A stretch of DNA of 56,452 nucleotides, counting the filler, from Squatina squatina (Eukaryota), in assembly GCA_031763465.1 (NCBI GenBank). It is 3 parts of 3 records of this genome, joined end to end, with 100 filler letters (N's around TTAATTAATTAA, not from the genome) between each part and the next. Parts side by side here need not be neighbours in the genome. Positions count along the whole stretch, not along the records: positions 30,353 to 56,452 come from JARFOE010000002.1; 2 more parts are not named here. The stretch is one strand, 5' to 3'. The position numbers and the translations under genes were made by a program. Each line of letters begins with the position of its first letter. The first letter of the stretch is position 1. The notes beneath the pieces are model-generated. The model ran no database searches, was not told the DNA's origin, and worked only from the letters and a program-made list of their open reading frames with translations. Of this stretch, positions 35,916 to 48,379 are shown one piece after another.

Positions 35916-37941
35916 CGCCACCCAGCTGAGATTCCCGCTGACCGAGGTGTATGGAAACTGGTGCCTGACCTCAGGATGGTTTTACATTAAATATGTCCTG
36001 AGTTGATTCAAAATTGTGAGTGCCTTTCTGGTGAAGTCGAATCGAGCTGGTTCAACAGGGAGTAAATGTAGTTATACATTTTTCTTCTTCTCCTGTTCCA
36101 GGGAATTGAAGTAAAACAGAGATTAGCTAAATGGCCCGTGACCCTCCATGCTCTTGTTGATTTGATTCGTTCGTTATTATTAAGATCAGTCATTGGTTTC
36201 CTCCAAGCTATGAGAATGGTGCTTTCAGCCCTGAAACCGACTTAGTGCTAAAATATTCCTGGAGTTTGTTTTTTTCTAAAGGGGTCAGTCTCTCTGATAT
36301 TCTATTTAGCCAGTTTGACAATAACCACCTCATTGTCCTGAACTTATTTCAGCAAATACAGAACTCCCTGCTTCATTCTCCTACCTAATTCACATCCGTT
36401 CCTGACTGAGTTAAACTGACATTTCTCGCTTAGACAGCACTTCATCATTATAATGAACTGGGAGCAAGTTTTATCTACGAAGGTGCTCCGGTCCTATGTC
36501 TGGATCGCGCTCCGTCCGGCCTCAGGTAACCAGAGGCTGATTTTCCAGGTGCTCGGCAGAGAGTGATAATCGGCCGGAATGAATATGTTAAACCTTTACT
36601 GTGCTGAACTGTGTGTTCGGTCTGAACTGCTGATTACACCTTTGGTCAGTTGAATGGAACTGTACTTGGCACCAAACGGTTCAGTGAGTGTTACAATAAA
36701 ACATTCATACAGAGTTAGTGGGACACAGGTTTCCAGCCCTGTCTGACAACTGTGAATTCTGAACCAGGGATGAGGCGCCACCTGGTCGGGAAGGATAAAA
36801 ACCCCAGAGTTCGTGTTGCAGCTTTCTGTCCCGCAACAGTTCTTAAAATGTTTCTGTGGGGAGACTGGTGGAGACGAAGAGTGGGTTTAACCCTGAAATC
36901 GCCGGTGTGAAGCAGACTGCCCTCAGTCACGGTCTGAAGCCCACACACACAGAAGCTGCAACTCTGGCGTTCTGGAACTTAGCAGACAGCGAGAAACAGG
37001 CTTTAGAGAGGAAGAGTAAAGGGAGAAATGGCAGAAGGAAAACAGAAAAGTAAACTAGAAGCAAAATTAACCTTACCTTGGTCCCACACAGATTTTTGTC
37101 TCTCGATATCCGTGTAGATGTTGCGAGTTATACCCTTGTTACTTTAATACATCCAATCAGGTAGAAGTTCCTTGTTTGATGTCAGCAAGTCACTAATTGT
37201 GAATTTGATCCGCTCCTTGCCCTGTGAGATTAAGAGCTCTGCCCTCTGTGTGAAAGTTGCTGTCAGCCCTCAGGGTGGATTTCAGCTCAAACATTCCACA
37301 TATGCTTCAGAACAGGGAGCGGCCTTTGTGCTCAGTTCAAATCGAATCTGTTTCACAGCCTGCTGCCAATTTAATGCTGAAAAAAGTTGGTGCCACGTTT
37401 ATTTTATCTCTACTTGTTCGAGGAGAGCTCAGTAAAATGACAAATGGTTAGAAATAAATTGTGACATTTCCTCTTGGACACAGTTCACTGAAATTCCCAT
37501 CATATTTCCTGATGTTTGCACTTTGAGCCCAGGGTCCCAGAGTGAGTGACTTTCAGTGAGCTGAAGGAGGGGCTGTTTCTCTACATAGAATGAAACAATT
37601 GGTCAAGCACGGAAGAAGGCCATTCGGCCTGTCGAACCCGTGCCGTTTCTCAGAGGGTTCAACTCCCCTTGCCTATGCTCGTACCTCTGCTTTGTTCACT
37701 CTTCAGATACTGATCAACTCCCTTTTGAAAGATAAAATTAAGTCTGCCTCCACCACCCTTTCAGGCAGTGCATTCGAGATCTTAACCATTCGCTTTGTAA
37801 AAAAAGTGTTTTCTTACGTCGCCTTTGGTTCTTTAGCCAAACACAATCAATTAATATCCTCTGGTTCCGGGCACTTCTACAAATGGGAACAGTTTCTCTC
37901 TGTCCCCCCTGTCCAGGCCCCTCATGATTTTAAACACCTCT

Positions 37942-38134
37942 CAACGTCCTCTGCTCCAAGGAGAACAACCCCAGTATCTCCCGTCTACCAACGTCCTCTG
38001 CTCCAAGGAGAACAACCCCAGTATCTCCAGTCTACCAACGTCCTCTGCTCCAAGGAGAATAACCCCAGTATCTCCAGTCTACCAACGTCCTCTGCTCCAA
38101 GGAGAACAACCCCAGTATCTCCAGTCTACCAACG
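37942..38134. repeat. 47-bp tandem repeat, 4 copies, inside the CR1
   Basis: caacgtcctctgctccaaggagaacaaccccagtatctccagtctac starts at 37942, 37989, 38036 and 38083. Confidence 0.95.
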
Positions 38135-38931
38135 GAACTGAGGTCCCTCATTCCGGGAATAATTTTCCCAGTTTTTTTCTGCCTCTTCCCTAAGGCCTTC
38201 TCATCCTTCCTAAAGTGTGATGCCCGGAATTGAACACAGTACTCGGTCGGGGCCGAACCAGTGTGTTTCACAAGTTCACCATAATTCCCAAACCTTTGTA
38301 CTCTATACCTCTAATTATAAAGCCTCGGATCCCGTAAGCCTCTTTAACTGCATTCTCAGCCTGCCCTGCCACATTGAACGATTTATGCACACATACCCTC
38401 AGGTCTCTCTGCTCGTGCACTTCCTTTAGGATTGTACAATTTAGTTTATAGTTCCTCTCCTAATTTTTTCGAACAAAATGCATGACTTCACACTTTTCTG
38501 CGTTAAATTTAATCTGCCATGTGTCTTCTTCCTTCACCAGCCTATCTATATCTTCCTGAAATCTATCACTCTACTCGGCACATGTGACTATACTTCCAAT
38601 TTTGAAATTGTGCTCTGTACATTCACGGCTAATCATTAATATAAATCAAGTATAGCAGTGGTCCTGGAACCGTCTCGTGGGCAACAACACAGTGTACCTT
38701 CCACCAGTCCAAAAAACAAGCGTTCGCCACTGTCACTTAGCCAATTTCGTATCCATGCTTCCCAGTCCCTTTTATTCCATGGGCTTCAATTTTGCTTGTA
38801 TTCCTATTATCTGCCATTTTGTCAAATGCCTTTTGGAAATCCACATCGACTACGTAAACCACAGTACCCTCATCAAACCTCCCTGTTACTGCATTCAAAA
38901 AATGATCAATTTGGTTAAACACGCTTTGTCT

Positions 38932-39769
38932 TGTAAGGTAGAAACTACAAAAAGGGTTAAAACCCCTTTTCCTCAGACATAACTTAAAAATACAGAGAGA
39001 AAATGGCTGACAAGCAGGCAAAAGTGAGAGTTGGTCTCGAGATGACCTCGAGTCTTGTAGCTGCGAGGATAGACAGTAAATAACCAGAGATATGGGAACT
39101 CAGTCTTGAGGTCTAGCATAAGCACAGCAATATGTTTGGGAAGTGTCGAGTGGTGAGTAAAGGTGCATTGGTGTGATGAAATACTCAGGCTTTTGTTGTG
39201 CAGGTCATGGCCTGAAATTCTGCAGCCAGCCATGCAATTGAGATGTAACAACAATATTTCAGTTTGGGAGGGGGAGGGAGAGCAAATTTGGACAATAAAG
39301 ATAAGGTAACTGCTGGCTGAAAAAGGCACTCTTGGAGATCCTCTCTTGGAGAGCACTCGACGAGCAGGAAAGGGAGACAGAGAGAGAGAGCGAGAGAGCA
39401 CATGCCAAGACAGCAAGCTGTCAGAGACTGCTTAGGCTGCAGCCCAGAATTTCGGGAGCTCCGACTTGGTCAATGGGAAAGTAGCGCACACTCTCACCTA
39501 ACCAGTGGAGTTGTGACTGCTAATCGACATCCTGTGTTATTATCATTTATATAAACTCTGTTTTCAACCTGTCAAGGTGTGTATTAATTTAGCAATAATC
39601 TGGAACAATTAACAGTGTGTATAACCTTAACAACAGTGTATTAGTGTTAGAAATAATAAAAACCACTTAACCATAACACTGTGTAGTCAGTTATTCCTGG
39701 CACAGATAAATCTATAGAATTACCTGCAGAAACACCGCCTTGAGCCCCAGAAAAAAGGGAGAAGTTAAA
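38932..39769 (+). mobile_element. Probable solo LTR (838 bp) with a 4-bp target-site duplication
   Basis: GTCT at 38928-38931 and 39770-39773; starts TGTAA and ends TTAAA; AATAAA near 39655; the CR1 sequence is continuous once the insert is removed. Confidence 0.7.
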
Positions 39770-42349
39770 GTCTTTAACAAACTCGTGCTGACTTTCCTTA
39801 ATTAATCTAGCCCTATCCAGGTGACTGTGAATTTTATCACTGACCACTGTTTTTAAAAGCTTCCCCACTACCGAGGTTAAACTGACGGCCCTGTAGTTGT
39901 TAGTTTCTCTTTTCACCCTTTTTTGAACAATGGCGCAACAGTTGCAATTCTCTCTAGCACCTATCTATGGAGGATTTGAATATCATGGCCAGTACCTTGA
40001 TGATTTCCGCTCTCAATTCCCTCAGCATCCGAGGACGCATCCTCTCCACTCCTGGTCATGTATCTATTTTAAGTATAGCTAGCTTTTCTAATGCATATTC
40101 TTTATCAATTTTTCTCCCATCAAGTGTCTCTACCACCTCCTGCTTCACTATGTCTATGGCAGCATCCTCTTTCTTGGTGATGACAGATGCAATGTACTTA
40201 TTTAGTACCTCGGCCAATCCCACTGCCTCCATACATAGATCTCCTTTTTGGTCCCTAAGCGGCCTCACCCCTCCCCTTAATAATCTTTTACTATTTATAT
40301 GCCCATAGAAGACTTCGGGATTAACTTTTATGTTGGTTGGCATTCTATTCTGATAACTATCTTTGCCCCTCTTATATTCTTTTTCACTTCTCTGATCTTT
40401 GAATACAGTCTGACTCTAAGATGTATTTGCTACCTGACATCTGTCAAACGTGCTCTTTTTCTGCTTCATCCTATTCTCTATTACTTTCGGTTTCCAGGGA
40501 GCACTGACTTTATTTGCTCTTCCTTTCCCCTTTGTGGGAATGTACTTCGACTGGACCTGAATCATTTCCTCTTTAAATGCAACCCATTGTTCCACTAAAG
40601 GTTTGAATGTCATCCTTGGATTCCAGTTTACATGGGCCAGATCCCTTTTCACCCCACTGAAAATGGCCTTCCCCAAGTTAAACATTCTTACTCTGGATTG
40701 TTTCCTGTCATTTTCCCTCGATAATGAAAACCTCATGATAATATGATCACTGTTCCATAAATGTTCACGTACTGATGCTTGCTCCACTTGACCTGCCTCA
40801 TTCCACAGAACCAGATCCAGCATCCTTGTCGGGCCGGAAAAATGCAGATCAAGAAATTTCTCCTGAACACAGTTCAGAAATTCTTCCCCTTCTCTGCCCT
40901 TTACACTATTGCGGTCCCAGTCTAAACTAGGATGGTTGAAGTCCCCCATTATGACTACTATGTATTTCTTTCAACTCTCTGCAATTTCTCTGCAAATTTG
41001 CTCCTCAATATCTTTGCCACCATTTGTTGGCCTACAGAATACACCTAGCTGTGTAATGTCACCTCTATTATTTCATACCTCGAACCATATAGATTCTGTC
41101 CTTGACCCTCCAGAACATCCTCGCTCTCCAGCACTGTCATGTTCCCTTAACCAAAACTGCCACACCACCTCGTATCCTGCCTCCCCTATCTTTCCTGAAC
41201 ACGTTATAACCAGGAATATTTAATACAAAATCCTGCCCTTTTTTGAGCCACGTCTCAGTTATTGCCACAACATCATTTTCCCATGTCGCTATTTTTGCTT
41301 GCAGCTCACTTACCTACGCTTCATGCCTTGACAAACATATACTGTAATCCTACCACAGACCATCCAGTATTCTCTCTTAATTGGACCCCGCTTAATTCCT
41401 AATATTTCTTACTCTGATATTGTCAATCTTTTTAACACTTTATTCCCACTTTCTAAAGTTACGTCCTGGTGCCCATTCCCCTGCCAAATTAGGTTAGACC
41501 TTGCCCAACAGCACGAGTTCACATTCCCTTGAGAATATTTGTTCCAGCCCTGTTGAGGTGCAACCCGTCCGGCCTGTACAGGCCACACCTCCGGCAGAAC
41601 CATCCCAACCGCACCAGGAAACTGAAGCCCTCCTCTCAGCACCATCTCTCCAGCCACACAGTCATGAGCTCCATCATCCTATTTCTATATTCACTCGCCT
41701 GTGTCACTGGAAGTAATCCGGAGATTACTATCATTGTCGTCCTGCTTTTTAATTGCTGCCCGAGCTCCCTAAAACCTTCTGCAGGATCTCATCCCTCAAT
41801 CGACCTAATTGGTACTAATATGGACCAGGACCTCTGGCTGTTCATCCTCCCCACTCAGAAGGTTCTGCAGCCACACTGTGTCATCCTTTAACCTGACAGC
41901 AGGGAGGCAACATACCATCCTGGAGTCATGCCTGTGGCCGCAGAAATGCTGCCCTGCTCTCCTAATGATAGAATACCCTACCAATATTGCTCTCCCACTA
42001 TTTTTATTTCAGTGCTCTACAGCGGTGCCACCCTTGCTGCTGCACAATTGCCCCGGCTCGTTTCCCAAGTGAAACTATCGCCCTCACCAGTACTCAGAGC
42101 AGATTACTGGTTGGAGAGCGAGAAGCACTCAGGGACCTCCTGCACCACCCGCCTGCTCCTCCTTTTCTGTATGGCAAACATGCATACCCTCTCTGCCTAC
42201 ACACTACTTATCTGCCAGGTGAGCAACTTCAGACAAGGGCATTCCACTAACCTCTCAGGCTCGCGAATTCCCCGCAGTATCTCCAGCTTCTGCTCAAGGT
42301 ACGAGTGCCGGAGCTCGAGCTCCCCTGCTGTTTTACAAAATAAAGCTAT

Positions 42350-42490
42350 GCGATCTTTTGCATGCAGCTGACAGGGCAGCTGGGTCCTGGGTTTATCGCC
42401 TCATCTGAAAGACAGCGTATCCGACAGTTCAGCACTCCTTCAGTGCTGCCTTCGAATGTCAGGTTAGATTTGATGCTCAAGTCCCCCCAA
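42350..42490 (-). mobile_element. Deu-SINE 5' fragment
   Basis: Reverse complement gcagcactgaaggagtgctgaactgtcgga...gtctttcagatgaggcgataaacc resembles 54870-54950. Confidence 0.55.
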
Positions 42491-42804
42491 AAAAAAGGAA
42501 ATGAATACACAACATTTGGAATCAGAGACGAGAGGGCTACCGATGCGCATGGAGAGGAGTGGATAAGGAAAAGCTTAGCTCGCATGTAAAAGTGCCTTAA
42601 ACTTAATAGAATAAACAGAATATTGGGCCTACATTTGCGCTCAGAACTGGCAATTTCCCCTCTATTTTCTGTGCACTTTTGCACTGTAAGTTCGTGTCAG
42701 CCAAATATCCGAAAGGCATGACGCCTCTGGGCACTGCATGAACAGGACAAGCAACTGTGATTCTCATCAACCAATAATTCTCTTCAATCAATATTGAAGA
42801 TTCA

Positions 42805-44040
42805 GCAACAACAACTTGCATTTAAGTAGTACCAATAATATAATGGAATGTTGCAAAGTGCTTCGCAAGAGCTTTAGCAAAAACAATTTGACACATAAGC
42901 ATATATTTGTTCAGGTAACCAAATGTTTGTCAAAGAAGTAGATTGCAAAGAGCGTCTTAAAGAAGTAGAGAGAGGTAGAGAGAGGAAAGGCTTTTGACAG
43001 TAGTCCGGAGCTTAGGGCACAGTCAGCTGATCGGGAATGGGCAGGGGGCGAGAATTGAAGCAAAGCTGGTCTCTCGGAGGGTTGTAGGGCTGGAGAAATT
43101 TACATAGATAAGGAAGGACGATACCATGGAGAGACTTGAAAAAAAGATGATGAGAATTTTGAAACCGTGGTGTTTCCAGAGCAGGAGCCAATGTTGGTCA
43201 ATTAGCACAGTTCGTGCACTGGATGAACAGGGATTGTTGCGAGTTAAGCCACAGGCAGCAGGATTTTGGAAATGTTCATGTGTATGCAGGGTGGAAGTTT
43301 GCAGGCGAGCTCGGGGAGTATTGGAATCATCAAATCTAGGGGTAGGAAAGCTATGCATGAGGTTTTCAGCAGTGGAAAATGTACGTCAGGCGCGGAGACG
43401 ACCAATGCCACAGAGGTGATAGTGGGCAGTCCTAATGTTAAAGTGGAAGCTCATTTCTTGATCAAATGGGACGCCAAGGTTGTGCACTGACTGGCTCAGA
43501 CTCGGAAAGTGATCAGCGAGCAGGGGAACGTTGGTGTCAAGGGAACAAAAGACAGCTGCTTTGCCCTTCCCTTTATTTAGTTGGAGGAAGTCTATCCTCG
43601 TCCATTACTGCATGTCGGACAGACAATGTTCAGATCAGAGACACTAGAGAGTTTGCGAGTAGTGGTAGTGGCGTCGAGCTGGGTGTGCCAGTGTGCACGG
43701 GGAATTTGATATGTTTTCAGATGATTTCACCAATGGGCAGTATATAGATGAGAAACAGGAGGTGCTGGCAGGGATAAATCCTTGGCAGACTCGAGAGGTA
43801 AATGCGTGTGAGCAGAATTAGAAACTATTGCAGGTCTTTTCCTGACTACAAATGGACCATTATGAATGATCATGTGAGGGAAGGCCCACCGCAGTGAACA
43901 ATGGAGTAAAGGCGTTGGAGGAGGTGGTGTGCTCAACCATGGCAAAGACTCCCGACACACCGAGAAGGGTGAGGAGGGGTCGCTTACCATAGTCCCAGTC
44001 ACGCAGGGCATAGTTTGTGACTCGTTAAACGGCAGAGCAG
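42805..44040 (-). mobile_element. L2-type LINE 3' portion
   Basis: Begins with the reverse complement of an aaatgcaagttgttgttg tail. Minus-strand remnants include RFDDSN, FQNPAACGLTR and FKILII. Confidence 0.7.
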
Positions 44041-44074
44041 AATTTCAAGCAGTATTCAGTTGGAATACTGAATT

Positions 44075-45960
44075 AGAACCAGAAAATAGAATCCGAGAAA
44101 TGTTAACTTACACAAGAGTACTTCAGCTCCTCCCGCTAACCCGCCCTACACCGCCGTACTGCAAAGGTTTGTCCTTCAGGTTCATATCCAATTCCCTGTT
44201 GGAAGCTGCGATTGAATCTGCCTCCATCGCTCTTTCAGTCAGTTCATTCTAGATCCTAACCACTCGCTGCATAAAACAGTTTTCCCTCATTTTGCCTTTA
44301 GTTCTTCTGCCAAACACCTTAAATTTATTTCCACTGGTCCTTGACCCTTGGGAGCAGTTTCTCTCTTTATACTCTGTCTAATCTTCATGATTGTGAACAG
44401 CTCAAACAAATCTCAGCTCAAATTTTGCTGCCATAAGGTGAAAACTCAATTTTCTTCAGTCTATCCAGGTAAGTGAAGCCCATCACCCTTCGGCACTTTC
44501 TTGTCAATCTTTTCTGCACTCTGAGGCTTTCACATCCTTCGTAAGATGCGGTGCACATAATTGTACATAATAATCTATTTGAGGCCAAACCAGTATTTTT
44601 CAAAACGAAGTTTCATCATCACCTCCTTGCTTTTGTAATCTATGCTTCTACTTAAGAAGCACATGATTCTGTATGTCTTTTTAACTGCTTTCTCAATCAG
44701 CCCAGCGACCATTAATGACTTGTGCACATATACCAACAGGTCTCTCTGTTGCTGCAACCCCTTTAGAATTGTATCCTTTAGTTTATGTTGCCTCTCCTCG
44801 GTCTTCTGACCAAAATGTATCATTTCCCACTTTGCTGCGTTAAATTTCATCTGCCACGTGTCCACCCATTCTACCAGCCAGCCTCTGTCCACTTGAAGTC
44901 TATCACTTCCCTCCTCGATGTCCACTGTGCTCCCAAGATTGGTGTCAGCTGCAACCTTTGAAATAGGGCACTGTACACCTAAGTTCAAATCATTAATGTA
45001 TATCAAGAAAATAAGTAGCCCTACTACCGACCCTTGGGGAACACAACTCCCTGCATTCCAAAAAAAACAACCATTCACCACAACTCTCTGTTTCCTGTCA
45101 CTTATCAATTACGTATCAATGCTGTTTCAACTTTGCTGGCAAGCCTATTACGTAGCACCTTTTACTCGCCCTTTGGAGTCCATGTAAATCATATCAACCG
45201 ATTCTCCCTCTGTTAGCTCACCAAAAAATCAATCAAGTTAGTTTAACGCATTTTGCATTGAACAAATCCGCACTGCCTTTCCTTTCCACACCAATTGTCA
45301 GTTATTTTTTTACAGGATTATTGTTTCTAAATGCTTCCCACTACCGAGGTTAAACTAACTGGCCTGTAGTTGCTGGGTTTATGCTTACACCTTATTTAGA
45401 ACAAAGGTGTAACTTTTTCAATTCTCCAGTCCTCTGTATTTCAGGGGGATTGGAATATTATGGGTGGAACCATCAATATGCACTTTTACATCCCTCAGCA
45501 TCCTAGTGTGTACCCAACCCGGCTCCGTGACTTCTCTACCTTAAGTACAGCCAGCCTTTCTTTTACCTCATCATTATCAATTTTTACCACATCCAGTATC
45601 CGAACTAACTCCTCTTTTACTAGGAATTTGACGACACCTTCTTCCTTGTCAAAAACAGATGCACATTGCTCCTTTAATACTTGAGCTGCGCCCTCTGCCT
45701 CCATGTGTATGTGTATTTTTTGGTCCCAGTTCGTTCCCACAGCTCTAACTGCACGTTTACAATGTATGTGCCAGTAGGAAAATTCTTGTTCTCTTTTATA
45801 TTAGCTTCCACTCTGTTCTCTTACTCTTTGTTTGCCCCTGTTATTTCCTTTGTCACTTCCCCTCTGAACTTTCTATATTCAGTCTGGTTCTCATTGGATT
45901 CTTAACCTCACATCTCTCATAAGCCCACTTGATTCTGCTTCATCTTACTCTCTATCTCTA
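44075..45960 (-). mobile_element. 5'-truncated CR1 LINE
   Basis: KQRVVVNG, VPQGSVVGLLIFLIYINDL and WQMKFNAAK; 3' end toward 44075. Confidence 0.9.
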
Positions 45961-47164
45961 AAGTAGAACTTCTACAATGGGAGAGGGCTAACTTCAATGC
46001 GATGGGAGGGGATCTAGCCAGAGTAAAACAATTGACAGGGAAAACTGTAACGGAGGAATGGCTGATCTTTAGGGAAGAAATGTTTCAGGTACAGGCTGGG
46101 TACCTTCCAACAAGGGGCAAAGTTAGGGGAACCAAAGCCAGGGCTTCTTGGGTAACGAGGGAGATAGGGAATATGATGGAACGAAAAAGGAGGCTGTATG
46201 ATGCATGTCAGGTGAATTCTTCAAGCGAGAACTGGCCCAAATTAAATAAGTTGAATGGGGAAGTGAACAGGAAAATAAGACTGGCGAAGAGGGAATAGGG
46301 GAATAGAATGACAGCTAACATAAAATCGAACCCCAAAATAGGAAATGGATATTGAGAGGTGGGGTGCAACCTATTAGGGACAAAGAAGATGAGCTATACT
46401 TAGAGGCAGAGAGGAAGTCTAGGATTCTTCATGGGTACTTTGTATCAGTGTTTACTAAGGAAGAGGATGCTGGCAAAATATCGGTAGAACTCGAGATGTC
46501 AGAGATAATGGATGGAGTGAAAATTGACAGGCGGGATGGAGTACTGGCTATGCTTAGAGTGGGTAACTCACCTTGTCCGGATAGCTTGTATCCCAGCTTG
46601 CTAAGGGAAGTGCAGGGTGGAGATAGCAGAAGGACTTTCCATCATCTTCAAATTTTCCACAGATATGGGGGAGATGTTAGAGAATTGTAAAGTGGCTAAC
46701 GTGACGTCCTTTTTCAAAAAGGATGTAAAAACATTGCTCGTCACTCCTGGTCAGTCAGTTTAACATCAGTGATGGGTAAGGTTTCAGAAACAATAATCAC
46801 GGAGAAAAATAACAGGCATTTGGAGAGGATTGAGCTAATTAAAGAGGGCCACAACAGATTTGTAAAAGACAGAACGTGTTTGACTAATCTAATTGAATTT
46901 GTTGATGAAGTAACAGAAAAGGTTGATGATAGGAATAGAATGAATATTGTCCAAACAGATTTTAAGAAAGCGTTTGACATTTTTCCACATAAATGGCTGG
47001 TTAACAAAATCAGGCTCATGGAATAGGACGGTCAGTGTCAGTTTGGATAAAATAAATGGCTTAAGGACAGAAATCAGTGAGATGTGATAACTGGTTGTTT
47101 TTTAGACATTAAGGAAAGTAGACAGTGGTCATTTCTGGGACCACGACTTTCTTGCTATTCTATA

Positions 47165-47200
<36 letters not shown>

Positions 47201-48180
47201 CATATATGACTTGGATATTAGAATAGAGACCAAAATGTGGAAAATTGACGATGATACCAAACTTGGAGGTGAGGCAAACAGTGAAGATGATGCCAATCGA
47301 ATACATAATAGGACAGAGATAGGCTAGTAGAACGGTTGGAAAAGTTGCAGATGGATTTTAATTTAGAGAAGTGTGAAGTGTTGCATTTTAGTAGAAGTGA
47401 TGGTGAGTGGCAATATACACTGAATGGCACAGTTCCAATGAGTGTGCAGGGAAAGAGGGACCGGGGGGTTCATGTGCAGAGATCTATGAAGATGCCAGGA
47501 CATATTGAGAGAGTAGTTAGCAAAGCAAATGGGATCTTGGGCTTCAAAAATCAGGTATTGTCTACAAAAGCATGGAAGTTATGCTGAACCGTTATAAAGA
47601 TCTGGTCAGATCACAACTACAGTATTGCATCCAGTTCTGTTCATCACGCTTTAGGAGGGACATGGGGGGCCTTGAGAGCATGCAGAGGAGATTTATCAGA
47701 ACGGTTGCAGGGATGAGGGGTTTTCAGCTAATAGTTTGTGCCACCGCCTCAAAGCAGACAAGACCTGCATTCCCTCGAGTTTAGAAGAATGAGAGGTGAA
47801 CTCATTGAAACGTATTTCAGTCTTATGGTACTCGACAAGGTAGTTGATGGGAAGAAGTTTGCGCTGGCTGGGTAGCCTATTTTTCTAGGTGTCACAGTCT
47901 CAGAATATATGCCCCACCATTTAGGATTGAGAGGTACTAAAGATTTCTTCACTCAAAGTGTTGCGAACCTTTGCTAGTGTCTACCATGACGTCTGTGGAT
48001 GCTCAGTCTTTGAGTATATTCAAGACAGAGATCAATAGATTTTTGGACACGAAGGGAACCAAAGAATATTGGGATACTGTGGGAAAGTGGAGTTTAGGTA
48101 GAAGATCGGCCATTATTGAACAGCGGACCAGGCTCGAAGGTCGAATGGCCGACTCGTGCTATTATATCTTATGTTCTTAC
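45961..48180 (+). mobile_element. 5'-truncated CR1 LINE
   Basis: YFVSVFTKEE, CLTNLIEF, DFKKAFD, FNLEKCEVLHF and QLQYCIQF; ends in a tcttatgttctta tail at about 48170-48180. Confidence 0.9.
47161..47207. repeat. (TA)n microsatellite inside the CR1
   Basis: tatatata...tacatatata run. Confidence 0.95.
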
Positions 48181-48379
48181 TTGTGTCCCAGCATTACCTG
48201 TACCAGTCATTTACAAAACTGGTCAGCACCGCAAGCACCAGTACTGTAAAAGTAGAGCCTTTGCCAAAATGCAGTGGTTGGGTCACCATCAATACAATAA
48301 AAGTGCTGCCTTGAATGTGAATAGAATCAGCTGTAGCAGAGGAAGAGCATTGTCACATCTGGTACCGTAGAAGTAGGAT

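Larger units (their letters stand above)
37585..42330 (-). mobile_element. Long degenerate CR1 LINE (ORF1 esterase, endonuclease, RT, 3' end) interrupted by a solo LTR
   Basis: In element order: HIGTN, ISGLLP, DGLHLNRAGTNIL (ORF1); MGDFNHPSLDW; NYRAVSLTSVVGKLL; VDFQKAFDK; EYCVQF; 3' tail near 37585. Confidence 0.85.

Noticed and set aside
32583-35921. Long ORFs (up to 364 aa) resembling mucin, keratin-associated or Cys/Gly-rich proteins
   Set aside because: They are open in several frames on both strands because the 21- and 48-bp units are multiples of 3. No splice or signal context; they are by-products of the minisatellite.
36460-37170. Possible non-coding first exons (donors near 36525 on + and 37077 on -)
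   Set aside because: Only isolated donor-like motifs, with nothing to link them to.
44075-48180. Twin-priming inversion of a single LINE
   Set aside because: Both arms cover the same ORF2 region and each has its own 3' end, so they are two elements.
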